A DNA stretch of 49,619 nt from Spirochaetota bacterium. Its GTDB lineage: Bacteria > Spirochaetota > B62-G9 > DRHN01. Position numbers and translations under genes: made by a program. Below are positions 42,400-49,619 of the stretch, piece after piece; position 1 is the first letter of the stretch; each line of letters begins with the position of its first letter. Location: assembly GCA_011049595.1 (NCBI GenBank), contig DRHN01000500.1, forward strand, positions 1-49,619. Direction: 5' to 3'. The notes below the pieces were generated by a model. It was not told the DNA's origin, ran no database searches, and saw nothing but the letters and a program-made list of their open reading frames with translations.

Positions 42400-43832
42400 A
42401 TATCATCGAGGAGATCGTCCGGAAGAGGAGACAGCAAATTAAATCCCGGGGACATGAAATGGGAGTGAAGCTCCCGGCCAACAGGGTATTGCCTTTGACA
42501 CCTTTCGGGCGGGATCCATTTATTATATGTGAAATCAAGAAGAGCTCTCCCTCGAAAGGTGTTATTGCAGGAAATACAGATGCAGTTTCGCAGGCAAAAA
42601 AATATGCCGATATGGGTATAAAGTCTGTATCGGTGCTTACTGAAAGCAACTATTTTTCAGGATCACTAAAGGACCTTTATTCAGTAAAAAAAGCATTTCC
42701 GGGTCTTTCGATCCTCAGAAAAGATTTTATACTTGACCTTGAAGATGTTGATGTATCCTACCGGGCGGGGGCGGACGCCGTACTCCTGATAGCGTCTATG
42801 CACGATGCCAGCACCCTGACCAGACTGTATAAAAGGGCAAGATCCTCCGGAATGGACGTGCTCGTTGAAGTCCACGACAGGGATGATCTGAAAAAGACAA
42901 AAGCGGTCCGCCCCGCCATGACCGGGTTCAACAGCAGGGACCTGTCCACTTTCCGGATCGATCCCGCTGTCCCTGTTATGCTTGGTGCGGGCGTTGAATG
43001 GAACACACGGATGGTGTTCGAATCCGGGATCTCATCGGGTGAAGATGCAGCGTTTGCGTTATCATCAGGTTTTTCGGGGATCCTTGTCGGGGAAGCGGTA
43101 ATGAGGGACACAGCTCTCATCTATGAGCTGAAAAACATCTTCAGCCGTAATATTGACTTTAATACGGCAACCTTCTGGAAAAAGCTGTACTCCAGAAAAA
43201 AAAATGGGAAGTGTTTTGTAAAGATATGCGGCATCACCACCGAAGAGGACGCTGATAATGCCGCCCGGTTGGGGGCGGATATCCTGGGTTTCGTATTCGC
43301 GGATTCCCCGAGGAGGGCCCAACCCGCACTGTTGAAAAAGATCCGGGACCTTGACATATTGAAAGCTGCAGTTGTTGTGCTTGACAGAGATCACCCCTCG
43401 CTGCCGGATGAAATAAAGACCTTTTTGGACATCGGTTTGCTGGACGTGGTACAGTTTCATGGAAAAGAAAAACCCGAGGACTGCTATGGCCTGGCATTCC
43501 CCTACTACAAAGCTGTGAGAGTAAAAGGCCTGTCTGATATCGACAAACCCGGTCGTTACAGGTGCCCGCGTGTGCTTGTCGACACTTACACCCCTGGCAA
43601 AGCCGGCGGAACCGGGAAAAGGATCCCGGATGAGCTTGTTATGGGAATAAAAGAGAAGCACCCGTTATGGCTCGCGGGCGGGGTCGGGCCTGAAAATGTC
43701 AGAGATATTGTTGTAAGGTTCAAACCGGAACTGATCGATGCTTCGAGCCTGCTTGAATCATCACCGGGAAAAAAGGACCACGGTAAATTAAAAAAATTAT
43801 TTGAGGAAATCAAGATTGGAACAGCTCTATAA
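42396..43832 (+). CDS. trpCF: Bifunctional indole-3-glycerol-phosphate synthase / phosphoribosylanthranilate isomerase (TrpC-TrpF fusion)
   Basis: ICEIKKSSPSKG, LRKDFI, EVH (TrpC). VKICGIT, GADILGFVF, VQFHG, LAGG (TrpF). ATGA overlap with the trpGD stop. Confidence 0.93.
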   Translation: MNIIEEIVRKRRQQIKSRGHEMGVKLPANRVLPLTPFGRDPFIICEIKKSSPSKGVIAGNTDAVSQAKKYADMGIKSVSVLTESNYFSGSLKDLYSVKKAFPGLSILRKDFILDLEDVDVSYRAGADAVLLIASMHDASTLTRLYKRARSSGMDVLVEVHDRDDLKKTKAVRPAMTGFNSRDLSTFRIDPAVPVMLGAGVEWNTRMVFESGISSGEDAAFALSSGFSGILVGEAVMRDTALIYELKNIFSRNIDFNTATFWKKLYSRKKNGKCFVKICGITTEEDADNAARLGADILGFVFADSPRRAQPALLKKIRDLDILKAAVVVLDRDHPSLPDEIKTFLDIGLLDVVQFHGKEKPEDCYGLAFPYYKAVRVKGLSDIDKPGRYRCPRVLVDTYTPGKAGGTGKRIPDELVMGIKEKHPLWLAGGVGPENVRDIVVRFKPELIDASSLLESSPGKKDHGKLKKLFEEIKIGTAL

Positions 43833-45045
43833 CGACTTTTTCGGCAGCTTCGGCGGAAAATACGTGGCAGAAATACTCAGGACACCGCTGGACATGCTTA
43901 AGGAAGAATGGCTGAAAGCAATGAACAGCAGCGGATTCAGGCATGAGCTCGACAGGATGTTGAGAGAATTCGCCGGCAGGCCCACCCCCCTCATGTATGC
44001 CGAAAACGCTACCAAAGCCGCTTCAGGCGCGAAAATATTTATCAAACTGGAAGGCCTTGCAAACACCGGGGCGCATAAAATCAACAACGTGCTTGGCCAG
44101 GCTCTCCTCGCAAAAAAGATGGGCAAAAACCGCGTCATCGCGGAGACGGGCGCCGGCCAGCACGGTTTCGCGACAGCCGCGGTCTGCGCGAAGCTCGGCC
44201 TGGAATGTCAAATATACATGGGTGAAATCGACATGAAAAGACAGAGGCCCAATGTGTTCTGGATGGAGCTTTTCGGCGCTAAGGTCGTCCCGGTCGAATC
44301 GGGGTCAGGGACCCTGAAAGATGCTGTAAACGAAGCCCTGAGGGATTGGGCCGCCAGTTTTGAAACCACTCACTACCTTCTTGGTTCCGCCCTGGGTCCC
44401 TCACCTTACCCGGACATGGTGCGTGAATTTCAGTCTGTTGTGGGGATCGAGGTAGAAAAAGAAATAAAATACAGGGGACTCGATGTTGAGGCTTTGATTG
44501 CATGTGTCGGCGGCGGTTCCAACGCTATAGGGTTCTTTTATCCCTTCCTCGAAAAAAAAATACCACGTCTTATTGGTGTCGAAGCGGGAGGTTCCGGTGA
44601 CGAACCGGGAAGCCACGCGGCAAGGATGAGCGGTGCCGGCAGGGCCGGAATTGTCCACGGGTACAAATCCCTTTTTCTGTTGGATGATGATGGCCAGGTA
44701 GGCACCACACATTCAGTGTCAGCGGGACTGGATTACCCGGGGATCGGCCCCCAGCTCGCCCATCTCGGTCAGACCGGCAGGGTCGAGTTTTTGAAAGCCA
44801 GCGATACGGAAGCTCTCGAGGCAGTGCAATTTTTTTCCAGGAACGAAGGCGTTGTTTTCGCGCTGGAATCAGCTCACGCGGGGGCCATGACCGTAAAAAT
44901 CGCAAAAGATCTGCCCAGGGAAAAATCTGTAATCGTGAACATGTCGGGGAGAGGCGACAAAGATCTTTTCATACTCGCCTCGAACCTGGATAACGAAAGA
45001 TGGTGCTCCTTTCTGAAAAAGGAGGTAAAAGACAATGAAAGCTAA
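43816..45045 (+). CDS. trpB: Tryptophan synthase beta chain
   Basis: FGSFGGKYV, HKINNVLGQALLAKKMGK (PLP lysine), ETGAGQHG, GGGSNAIG. Start set to TTG 43816 (MEQLYNDFFG), 8 nt after GAGGA. The tracked ORF begins at 43801. Confidence 0.93.
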   Translation: MEQLYNDFFGSFGGKYVAEILRTPLDMLKEEWLKAMNSSGFRHELDRMLREFAGRPTPLMYAENATKAASGAKIFIKLEGLANTGAHKINNVLGQALLAKKMGKNRVIAETGAGQHGFATAAVCAKLGLECQIYMGEIDMKRQRPNVFWMELFGAKVVPVESGSGTLKDAVNEALRDWAASFETTHYLLGSALGPSPYPDMVREFQSVVGIEVEKEIKYRGLDVEALIACVGGGSNAIGFFYPFLEKKIPRLIGVEAGGSGDEPGSHAARMSGAGRAGIVHGYKSLFLLDDDGQVGTTHSVSAGLDYPGIGPQLAHLGQTGRVEFLKASDTEALEAVQFFSRNEGVVFALESAHAGAMTVKIAKDLPREKSVIVNMSGRGDKDLFILASNLDNERWCSFLKKEVKDNES

Positions 45046-45769
45046 AATAATGTCACATATGGTTTCATTTTACCCGGACAGGGAACTATCAATCGATGTA
45101 GCAAGGGCACTGATAGACGGCGGGTCGAGCTATCTTGAGATTCAGTTTCCTTTCAGTGACCCGGCGGCTGACGGGAAATACATCCAGGAGGCATGCAGTA
45201 CGGCGCTGCGAAAAGGTTTCAAAGTGCGCTTTGGATTCGAGCTTGTAAGAAAATTAAAATCCCTGACGGACATCCCGGTATTTATCATGGGGTACGCGAA
45301 CACTGTGTTATTTCACGGCGTGAAAAAATTCCTCGAGGAATGCGTAAAAGCAGGTGTGCACGGCCTGATCATCCCTGACCTGCCTCCCGGTTATGACGAA
45401 AACCTTTTCACCCTCGGGAATGACGCCGGTATACACATAGTCCCGGTCATTGCGCCTTGGGTGGCAGACTCAAGACTGGACATGATATTATCGGTACGGC
45501 CTGAATATGTTTACGCGGTGCTCAGAAAAGGCATCACAGGAGATTATACGGTAATCGGCGAAGATAATCTTGGGTTTTTAAAAAAGATCGGGCAATACAA
45601 CGTAAAAATTCTCGCGGGCTTCGGTATTTCAACAAAATATCAGGTAGCTGCCCTTTCTCCTTATGTACACGCTTCGATAGTGGGCACGGCGTTCATCAGA
45701 GAGATAAAGGAAAACAGCTCGAAAAGCCCTTACGATGCAGTAGCAAAAAAAATTAAAGACCTTTTATAA
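45035..45769 (+). CDS. trpA: Tryptophan synthase alpha chain
   Basis: YLEIQFPFSDPAADG, GLIIPDLP, GFGIS. Overlaps the trpB stop. GGAGG 10 nt upstream. Confidence 0.9.
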   Translation: MKAKIMSHMVSFYPDRELSIDVARALIDGGSSYLEIQFPFSDPAADGKYIQEACSTALRKGFKVRFGFELVRKLKSLTDIPVFIMGYANTVLFHGVKKFLEECVKAGVHGLIIPDLPPGYDENLFTLGNDAGIHIVPVIAPWVADSRLDMILSVRPEYVYAVLRKGITGDYTVIGEDNLGFLKKIGQYNVKILAGFGISTKYQVAALSPYVHASIVGTAFIREIKENSSKSPYDAVAKKIKDLL

Positions 45770-45849
45770 ACCTGAAATATTTTTAATATAGACAAAATCC
45801 TTTTATCATAATATAATCCGACTACCAAAATATTTTACGGGGAATTCCT

Positions 45850-47520
45850 ATGGCAAAAGAGGTTATTTTCAGCCTGATAGGGGGGCTGGGGCTTTTCTTT
45901 CTGGGCATGAAAACTATGTCGGACAGCCTGAAAAAAGTCGCCGGCGAACGATTAAAAAACACTCTCGAACTGATCACGAAAAAACCGATCATCGGTCTTT
46001 TCATCGGGGCCCTTGTTACCTGTTTGATCCAGAGCTCAAGCGCGACCAGTGTTATGTCTATAGGATTTGTAAACGCAGGGCTTTTAACACTCAAACAGGC
46101 GATATCGATATTGCTGGGGGCCAATATCGGCACAACCCTTACCGCGTGGCTCATCTCCTTTTTTGCGCTTTTTAAAATAACAAATTACGCCCTTCCCGCC
46201 ATAGGCGTCGGATTCCTGCTGACCATGTTCGGCAAGACCCGCTCGGCCAAGATGTGGGGACAGTTTATACTCGGCTTCGGTCTGCTTTTTACAGGGCTCG
46301 GATTTATGAAGGACGCTTTTCTACCACTGAAGGAAAGCGAGGCGCTCAAAAATGTACTTGTAACCTTCGGTGCCCGCCCCCTGCTTGGGGTTATTCTCGG
46401 GGCCGTGATCACCATAATACTTCAGAGCTCATCCGCTACGATCGCTCTCCTTCAAATCATGGCCTTTTCAGGGCTGATAAGTTTTACCGCCAGTATACCG
46501 ATCATTCTCGGCGACAACATCGGCACAACGGTCACAGCGCAGCTGTCAGCCATAGGCACCAACACCGCTTCGCGGAGGGCAGCCCGAGCTCACGCGCTTC
46601 TCAATATACTCGGTGTGGGCTACATGATGATCTTCGTCTATACGGGTCTTTATAGCAGGCTGATCGAATTTATTGTACCAGGCCCCATTACGTCCGGCAA
46701 CGTCATGCTGCACATAGCGTTGGCGCACAGTGTTTTCAACATAATAAATTCTCTTGTTATTTTCCTTCCTCTGATAAACGTGCTTGAAAAACTGACAGTA
46801 AAGCTTACTCCGGCGAGAGCAGGCGAGATAGACATGGTCCCTCAATATCTCGAAAAGCATCTGCTCGATACTCCGGTTGTCGCCCTGGAGCAAGCGGTAA
46901 ATGAAATAATACGAATGATAACCATTGCAAAAGAAGCACTTCAAAACGCGGTAAAAGGTTTTTTTGAGAACGACTCGTCATATTTCGATAAAGTAAACAA
47001 ACAGGAAGACGCGGTTGACAATCTTCAAAAAGAGATCACCCAGTACCTTGTCGAGCTGTCGCAGAAAAACCTTGAAAGACCGGAAGCCGAAAAGCTCCCG
47101 GTCCTGCTCCATTCGGTAAACGATGCCGAGAGGATAGGGGACCACGCTATAAACATCCTGGAAATATCAGAAAGAAAGATAGACCAGAAACTTCCGTTCT
47201 CCGAGGATTCTATAAAAAGGCTTAATTACATGGTTGAAATCGCTGTATCGATGATCGATTATGCCATAGACGCTCTTCACAACGACAATATATCTTCTGC
47301 TAAAAATGTGCTGGAGCAGGAAGATTCCCTCAACGAACTTCAGGTAATACTTAAACAGGGGCAAGTCGCAAAAATTAAAGAAGGGAAATACAATTTTCTA
47401 TCAAGTATAGTTTACAACGATTTTGTCGACAACATAGAGAAGATCGGCGACCATACGACAAACATCGCCGAAGGGGTTTTACGGCACCTGCGGTGGAACC
47501 AGGAAATATCCGACGAATAA
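45850..47520 (+). CDS. Na+/phosphate cotransporter family protein (NptA-type membrane domain + PhoU-like C-terminal domain)
   Basis: Duplicated QSSSAT(S/I) transport motifs, GANIGTT / GDNIGTT, C-terminal repeated ERIGDH / EKIGDH PhoU-like helices. Confidence 0.85.
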   Translation: MAKEVIFSLIGGLGLFFLGMKTMSDSLKKVAGERLKNTLELITKKPIIGLFIGALVTCLIQSSSATSVMSIGFVNAGLLTLKQAISILLGANIGTTLTAWLISFFALFKITNYALPAIGVGFLLTMFGKTRSAKMWGQFILGFGLLFTGLGFMKDAFLPLKESEALKNVLVTFGARPLLGVILGAVITIILQSSSATIALLQIMAFSGLISFTASIPIILGDNIGTTVTAQLSAIGTNTASRRAARAHALLNILGVGYMMIFVYTGLYSRLIEFIVPGPITSGNVMLHIALAHSVFNIINSLVIFLPLINVLEKLTVKLTPARAGEIDMVPQYLEKHLLDTPVVALEQAVNEIIRMITIAKEALQNAVKGFFENDSSYFDKVNKQEDAVDNLQKEITQYLVELSQKNLERPEAEKLPVLLHSVNDAERIGDHAINILEISERKIDQKLPFSEDSIKRLNYMVEIAVSMIDYAIDALHNDNISSAKNVLEQEDSLNELQVILKQGQVAKIKEGKYNFLSSIVYNDFVDNIEKIGDHTTNIAEGVLRHLRWNQEISDE

Positions 47521-47596
47521 TGAATAAAGGTAACTCTCCATATCCAGTTCCAGTGTGATAAGAAGATCTCTTGACATCTACTTCTATTTCCATTAC

Positions 47597-47914
47597 TCAG
47601 CTAACCTTCATCCATCCCTTTTTCACGTTTTTGTCAATAAACTCTTTTGCGACGCTCATTATCTGACCTTTGCTGCTCGACACACGCACTTCCCTTTTTA
47701 ACATGTCAGCCCTGCCCGCGCTGAAATTTGTGTAGTGCATCACGTATGCCGGAAACCTGCTGTCTTCTTTCTCCTTGTTTGTCATCCACACAACATACTT
47801 CTGGACCATCAGCTTTTCGTTGCCCCCTTTTTTGTACACCTCCCGCATGATAACATCATGCTCAGGCAGGCTCACTTCAACAACCACAACCGGCTGTACC
47901 ATCCGGAATGCCAC
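47597..47914 (-). CDS. Hypothetical 105-aa protein, weakly WGR-domain-like
   Basis: YVMHYTNFSAGR...SSSKGQIMSVAKEFIDKNVKKGW resembles the WGRxG...A...F...K..KGY layout of WGR domains. Similarity is weak and judged by eye only. Confidence 0.35.
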   Translation of the reverse strand: MAFRMVQPVVVVEVSLPEHDVIMREVYKKGGNEKLMVQKYVVWMTNKEKEDSRFPAYVMHYTNFSAGRADMLKREVRVSSSKGQIMSVAKEFIDKNVKKGWMKVS

Positions 47915-48109
47915 ATGGTTTGAATCACTTTCAATGTAATCCGGGTGTTTGATTATGCAAGATCAGGTCGATGATCTTTGTTATGTCCGAGCACGCTTAT
48001 ATCTGCAATAGATTTGCAGTCCTCAAGTTCCACTATCAATTATTTACAATGTATAGTTACAGATAGGGGATGGCTTTCATTCAAATGGATCCCATACTCG
48101 TTTAAACCC

Positions 48110-48247
48110 AAAGCCTTGAAAATGCTTTTGGTTACGAGTCGTGAATTCTGTTACCCCGTGCCCAAGCCAAATCAGATATGGAGTTGGGATATAACGTATC
48201 TGAGGAGTTGTGCGGATGTAGTTCAATATCGTTTCATACCCATATGA
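48110..48247 (+). pseudogene. Remnant of an IS3-family (DDE/rve) transposase
   Basis: Translation ...FCYPVPKPNQIWSWDITYLRS carries the characteristic PNQxWxxDITY(I/L)R motif that starts the IS3 OrfB catalytic domain. The reading frame ends 14 codons later and no continuation is found in any frame. Confidence 0.5.
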
Positions 48248-48523
48248 GGTCAACGGCTGACCGGCCCAATTCTTACTGATCTCCGAATCTACTTCGTATA
48301 TCTTTTTTATCAATGTGACCCAGGTCTGTTTAGACTTCTTAAAAGAGAAAGAGAAAAAGAATTGACTGATAAGCCTTATGGTAGTTAGTTAGTTAATTAA
48401 TATCGGGAGAGGAGGGTCACTGAAAAGCAAGTCAGGTTTGCCGGAAAGTGAGGCAAATGAATGCGTCCCAACCACTCGCTTTACCTGACAGGCGCCTGAA
48501 GTGAATTATATCGCACATGTACT

Positions 48524-48781
48524 TTACCTCTCAAAACCTACTGCAGGTTCGTTTTCTGATAAGTCACAAAGAGAACACAAACATACGCCTTGATAGAGTT
48601 TTGTTGTTATTAAATAATTGAAAGCATCCATAGCATCTTGATCAGTTTTAAAAACAAAAAAAGTCTCAGAATTGTTTTTATTTGCAGTGACGCGTTTTAT
48701 CTTATCAGCGAGCTCACCTGCTACATGAGCAACTAAATCAGAGCTTGTTTCAATTTTCTCAATAAGCATATTATACTCCAC
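48524..48781 (-). CDS. Hypothetical 85-aa protein (orphan)
   Basis: ATG-initiated ORF in AT-rich accessory DNA. No recognisable motif. Confidence 0.35.
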   Translation of the reverse strand: MEYNMLIEKIETSSDLVAHVAGELADKIKRVTANKNNSETFFVFKTDQDAMDAFNYLITTKLYQGVCLCSLCDLSENEPAVGFER

Positions 48782-48930
48782 CCTGATGATTCTCTAAAAC
48801 ATTTAATAGATTATTTTAATAACTCTCTTTCCGCAAGTTAAAAACATGTTTTTTTCGAATTATGGTTTCGCTAAATGATTGTATTACTGACATTTATGAT
48901 GGTTCAATAAATATTGATTTTCGATTTTTG

Positions 48931-49305
48931 TTATAAATAATCTCTTAACTGTCGACTTTTTTTAATTGTTTCTTTTTCATAAGCGTCCAGCAATTCCTTA
49001 AAACTCTTATCAAGTTTTTGAATCTCTTTACGTTTCTTTCGGAACTCTCGGTAATTCCCTGTGGCCTTTTTTATCCAAACAATATCTTTCTCTGGTATTG
49101 CCTTTGTCTTAGAATGACCATTTTCTGACCAGGTAATTCGTCTGAGTAGATGACCAGCTTTATCATGACACCAACAGTTTTGTTTTCCACATTTACGATA
49201 TACTTCGTTAAATGATCCAGGAATTATTAGCCGGGAATTGAGAAGTTCTTTTATGAGCTGAATACGTTTTTTTTCTAGATCTTTTATTTCAATAGTGGTT
49301 GACAT
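48931..49305 (-). CDS. DUF6788-like small protein (CGKQNCWC motif, basic coiled-coil tail)
   Basis: GSFNEVYRKCGKQNCWCHDKAGH...ITWSENGHSKTKAIP matches the pattern seen at 1-216. Divergently arranged with the transposase start, 30 nt away. Confidence 0.6.
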   Translation of the reverse strand: MSTTIEIKDLEKKRIQLIKELLNSRLIIPGSFNEVYRKCGKQNCWCHDKAGHLLRRITWSENGHSKTKAIPEKDIVWIKKATGNYREFRKKRKEIQKLDKSFKELLDAYEKETIKKSRQLRDYL

Positions 49306-49335
49306 CTGTACCTATGATACTATTATATAGTACAG

Positions 49336-49619
49336 ATGTCAAGTGAAAATAGTGAAAACACAGAAAGCTTGCAAAGATTCAATGTTGCAGGCATACCTCT
49401 AATTACCTCCATTGCAGAGCGTTTAGGTTTAAGAGCTATTATCTCAGAATATATCGCTCCCTATGGAAATGAAACGGTTCCTGTTGTCGACACATTGATG
49501 CTTCTTTTGTGCAACATCACTCTTGGGAGACAGCCTCTGTATGAACTCGAACAATGGGTACAACGTATTGATCCCAAGTGTTATGGGTTGAGAATAGAAA
49601 CTTCCGGAATATATAATGA
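49336..49619 (+). CDS. N-terminal part (3' end outside window) of an IS1634/IS4-type DDE transposase (DUF4277-like N-terminus)
   Basis: ATG 49336. MSSENSENTESLQRFNVAGIPLITSIAERLGLRAIISEYIAPYGNETVPVVDTLMLLLCNITLGRQPLYELEQWVQ...IYN, open to the last base. The pattern G.(I/L)PL...(L/I)..RLGL....I...........(V/S)....(M/L)...N.......PLY....W is typical of this transposase N-terminus. Not in the ORF track because it has no stop. Confidence 0.6.
   Translation, partial: MSSENSENTESLQRFNVAGIPLITSIAERLGLRAIISEYIAPYGNETVPVVDTLMLLLCNITLGRQPLYELEQWVQRIDPKCYGLRIETSGIYN

Larger units (their letters stand above)
48931..49619. mobile_element. Edge of an insertion sequence (IS1634-like transposase plus divergent DUF6788-like ORF); boundaries not determinable
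   Basis: Gene content as above. The 30-nt divergent spacer contains the palindrome CTGTAC-N18-GTACAG (49306-49335). No terminal inverted repeat can be assigned because the element leaves the window. Confidence 0.45.

Noticed and set aside
48077-48313. 78-aa minus-strand ORF (MIKKIYEVDSEISKNW...).
   Set aside because: It overlaps, in antisense, the plus-strand stretch that carries the diagnostic IS3 transposase motif. It has no recognisable motif or convincing RBS of its own, so I treat it as an artefact of the pseudogene region.
1-49619. Idea that the whole window is a composite transposon bracketed by inverted DUF6788-like/IS copies.
   Set aside because: The two bracketing ORFs are only distantly similar at the protein level, so they are not copies of one IS. 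The interior is dominated by essential housekeeping genes (mutS, metG, asnS, map, nusB, metK).

Overview
This is a bacterial chromosomal segment, densely coding, with moderate GC by eye. Bases 360-27843 form one long minus-strand, co-directional run of mostly housekeeping genes: mutS, a TPR/SPOR protein, miaB, metG, a JAB-DinG helicase fusion, purine nucleoside phosphorylase, an M23 peptidase, asnS, rtcB, map, nusB and a SurA-like PPIase. A five-gene signalling block interrupts this run: an RsbW-HAMP-SpoIIE fusion, a STAS protein, a GAF-adenylate cyclase-HD-GYP fusion, a PilZ-like protein and a bactofilin. The right half carries metK, a small sugar module (class II aldolase plus isomerase), an HtrA-like lipoprotein protease, an EF-G paralog, an MBL hydrolase, a complete trp operon and a Na/Pi cotransporter. 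The trp operon has the E. coli layout (trpE, trpG-D fusion, trpC-F fusion, trpB, trpA). It is preceded by what I read as a 15-codon WWW leader peptide with attenuator hairpins. The last ~2 kb is AT-richer accessory DNA. It holds orphan small ORFs, an IS3-type transposase remnant, and a DUF6788-like ORF divergent from the 5' end of an IS1634-type transposase that runs off the window. The first 216 nt are the tail of another DUF6788-like ORF. I saw no rRNA, tRNA or CRISPR array. Three kinds of non-genic structure stand out: two families of dispersed intergenic repeats sharing a 16-nt GC hairpin core, a 3 x 12-bp GATC-containing direct repeat upstream of the cyclase gene, and several in-frame tandem-repeat insertions inside conserved enzymes. 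All family assignments come from motif recognition by eye, because no database search was possible. The taxon cannot be established from the window; the gene content would fit a free-living diderm such as a spirochaete, but that is a guess.
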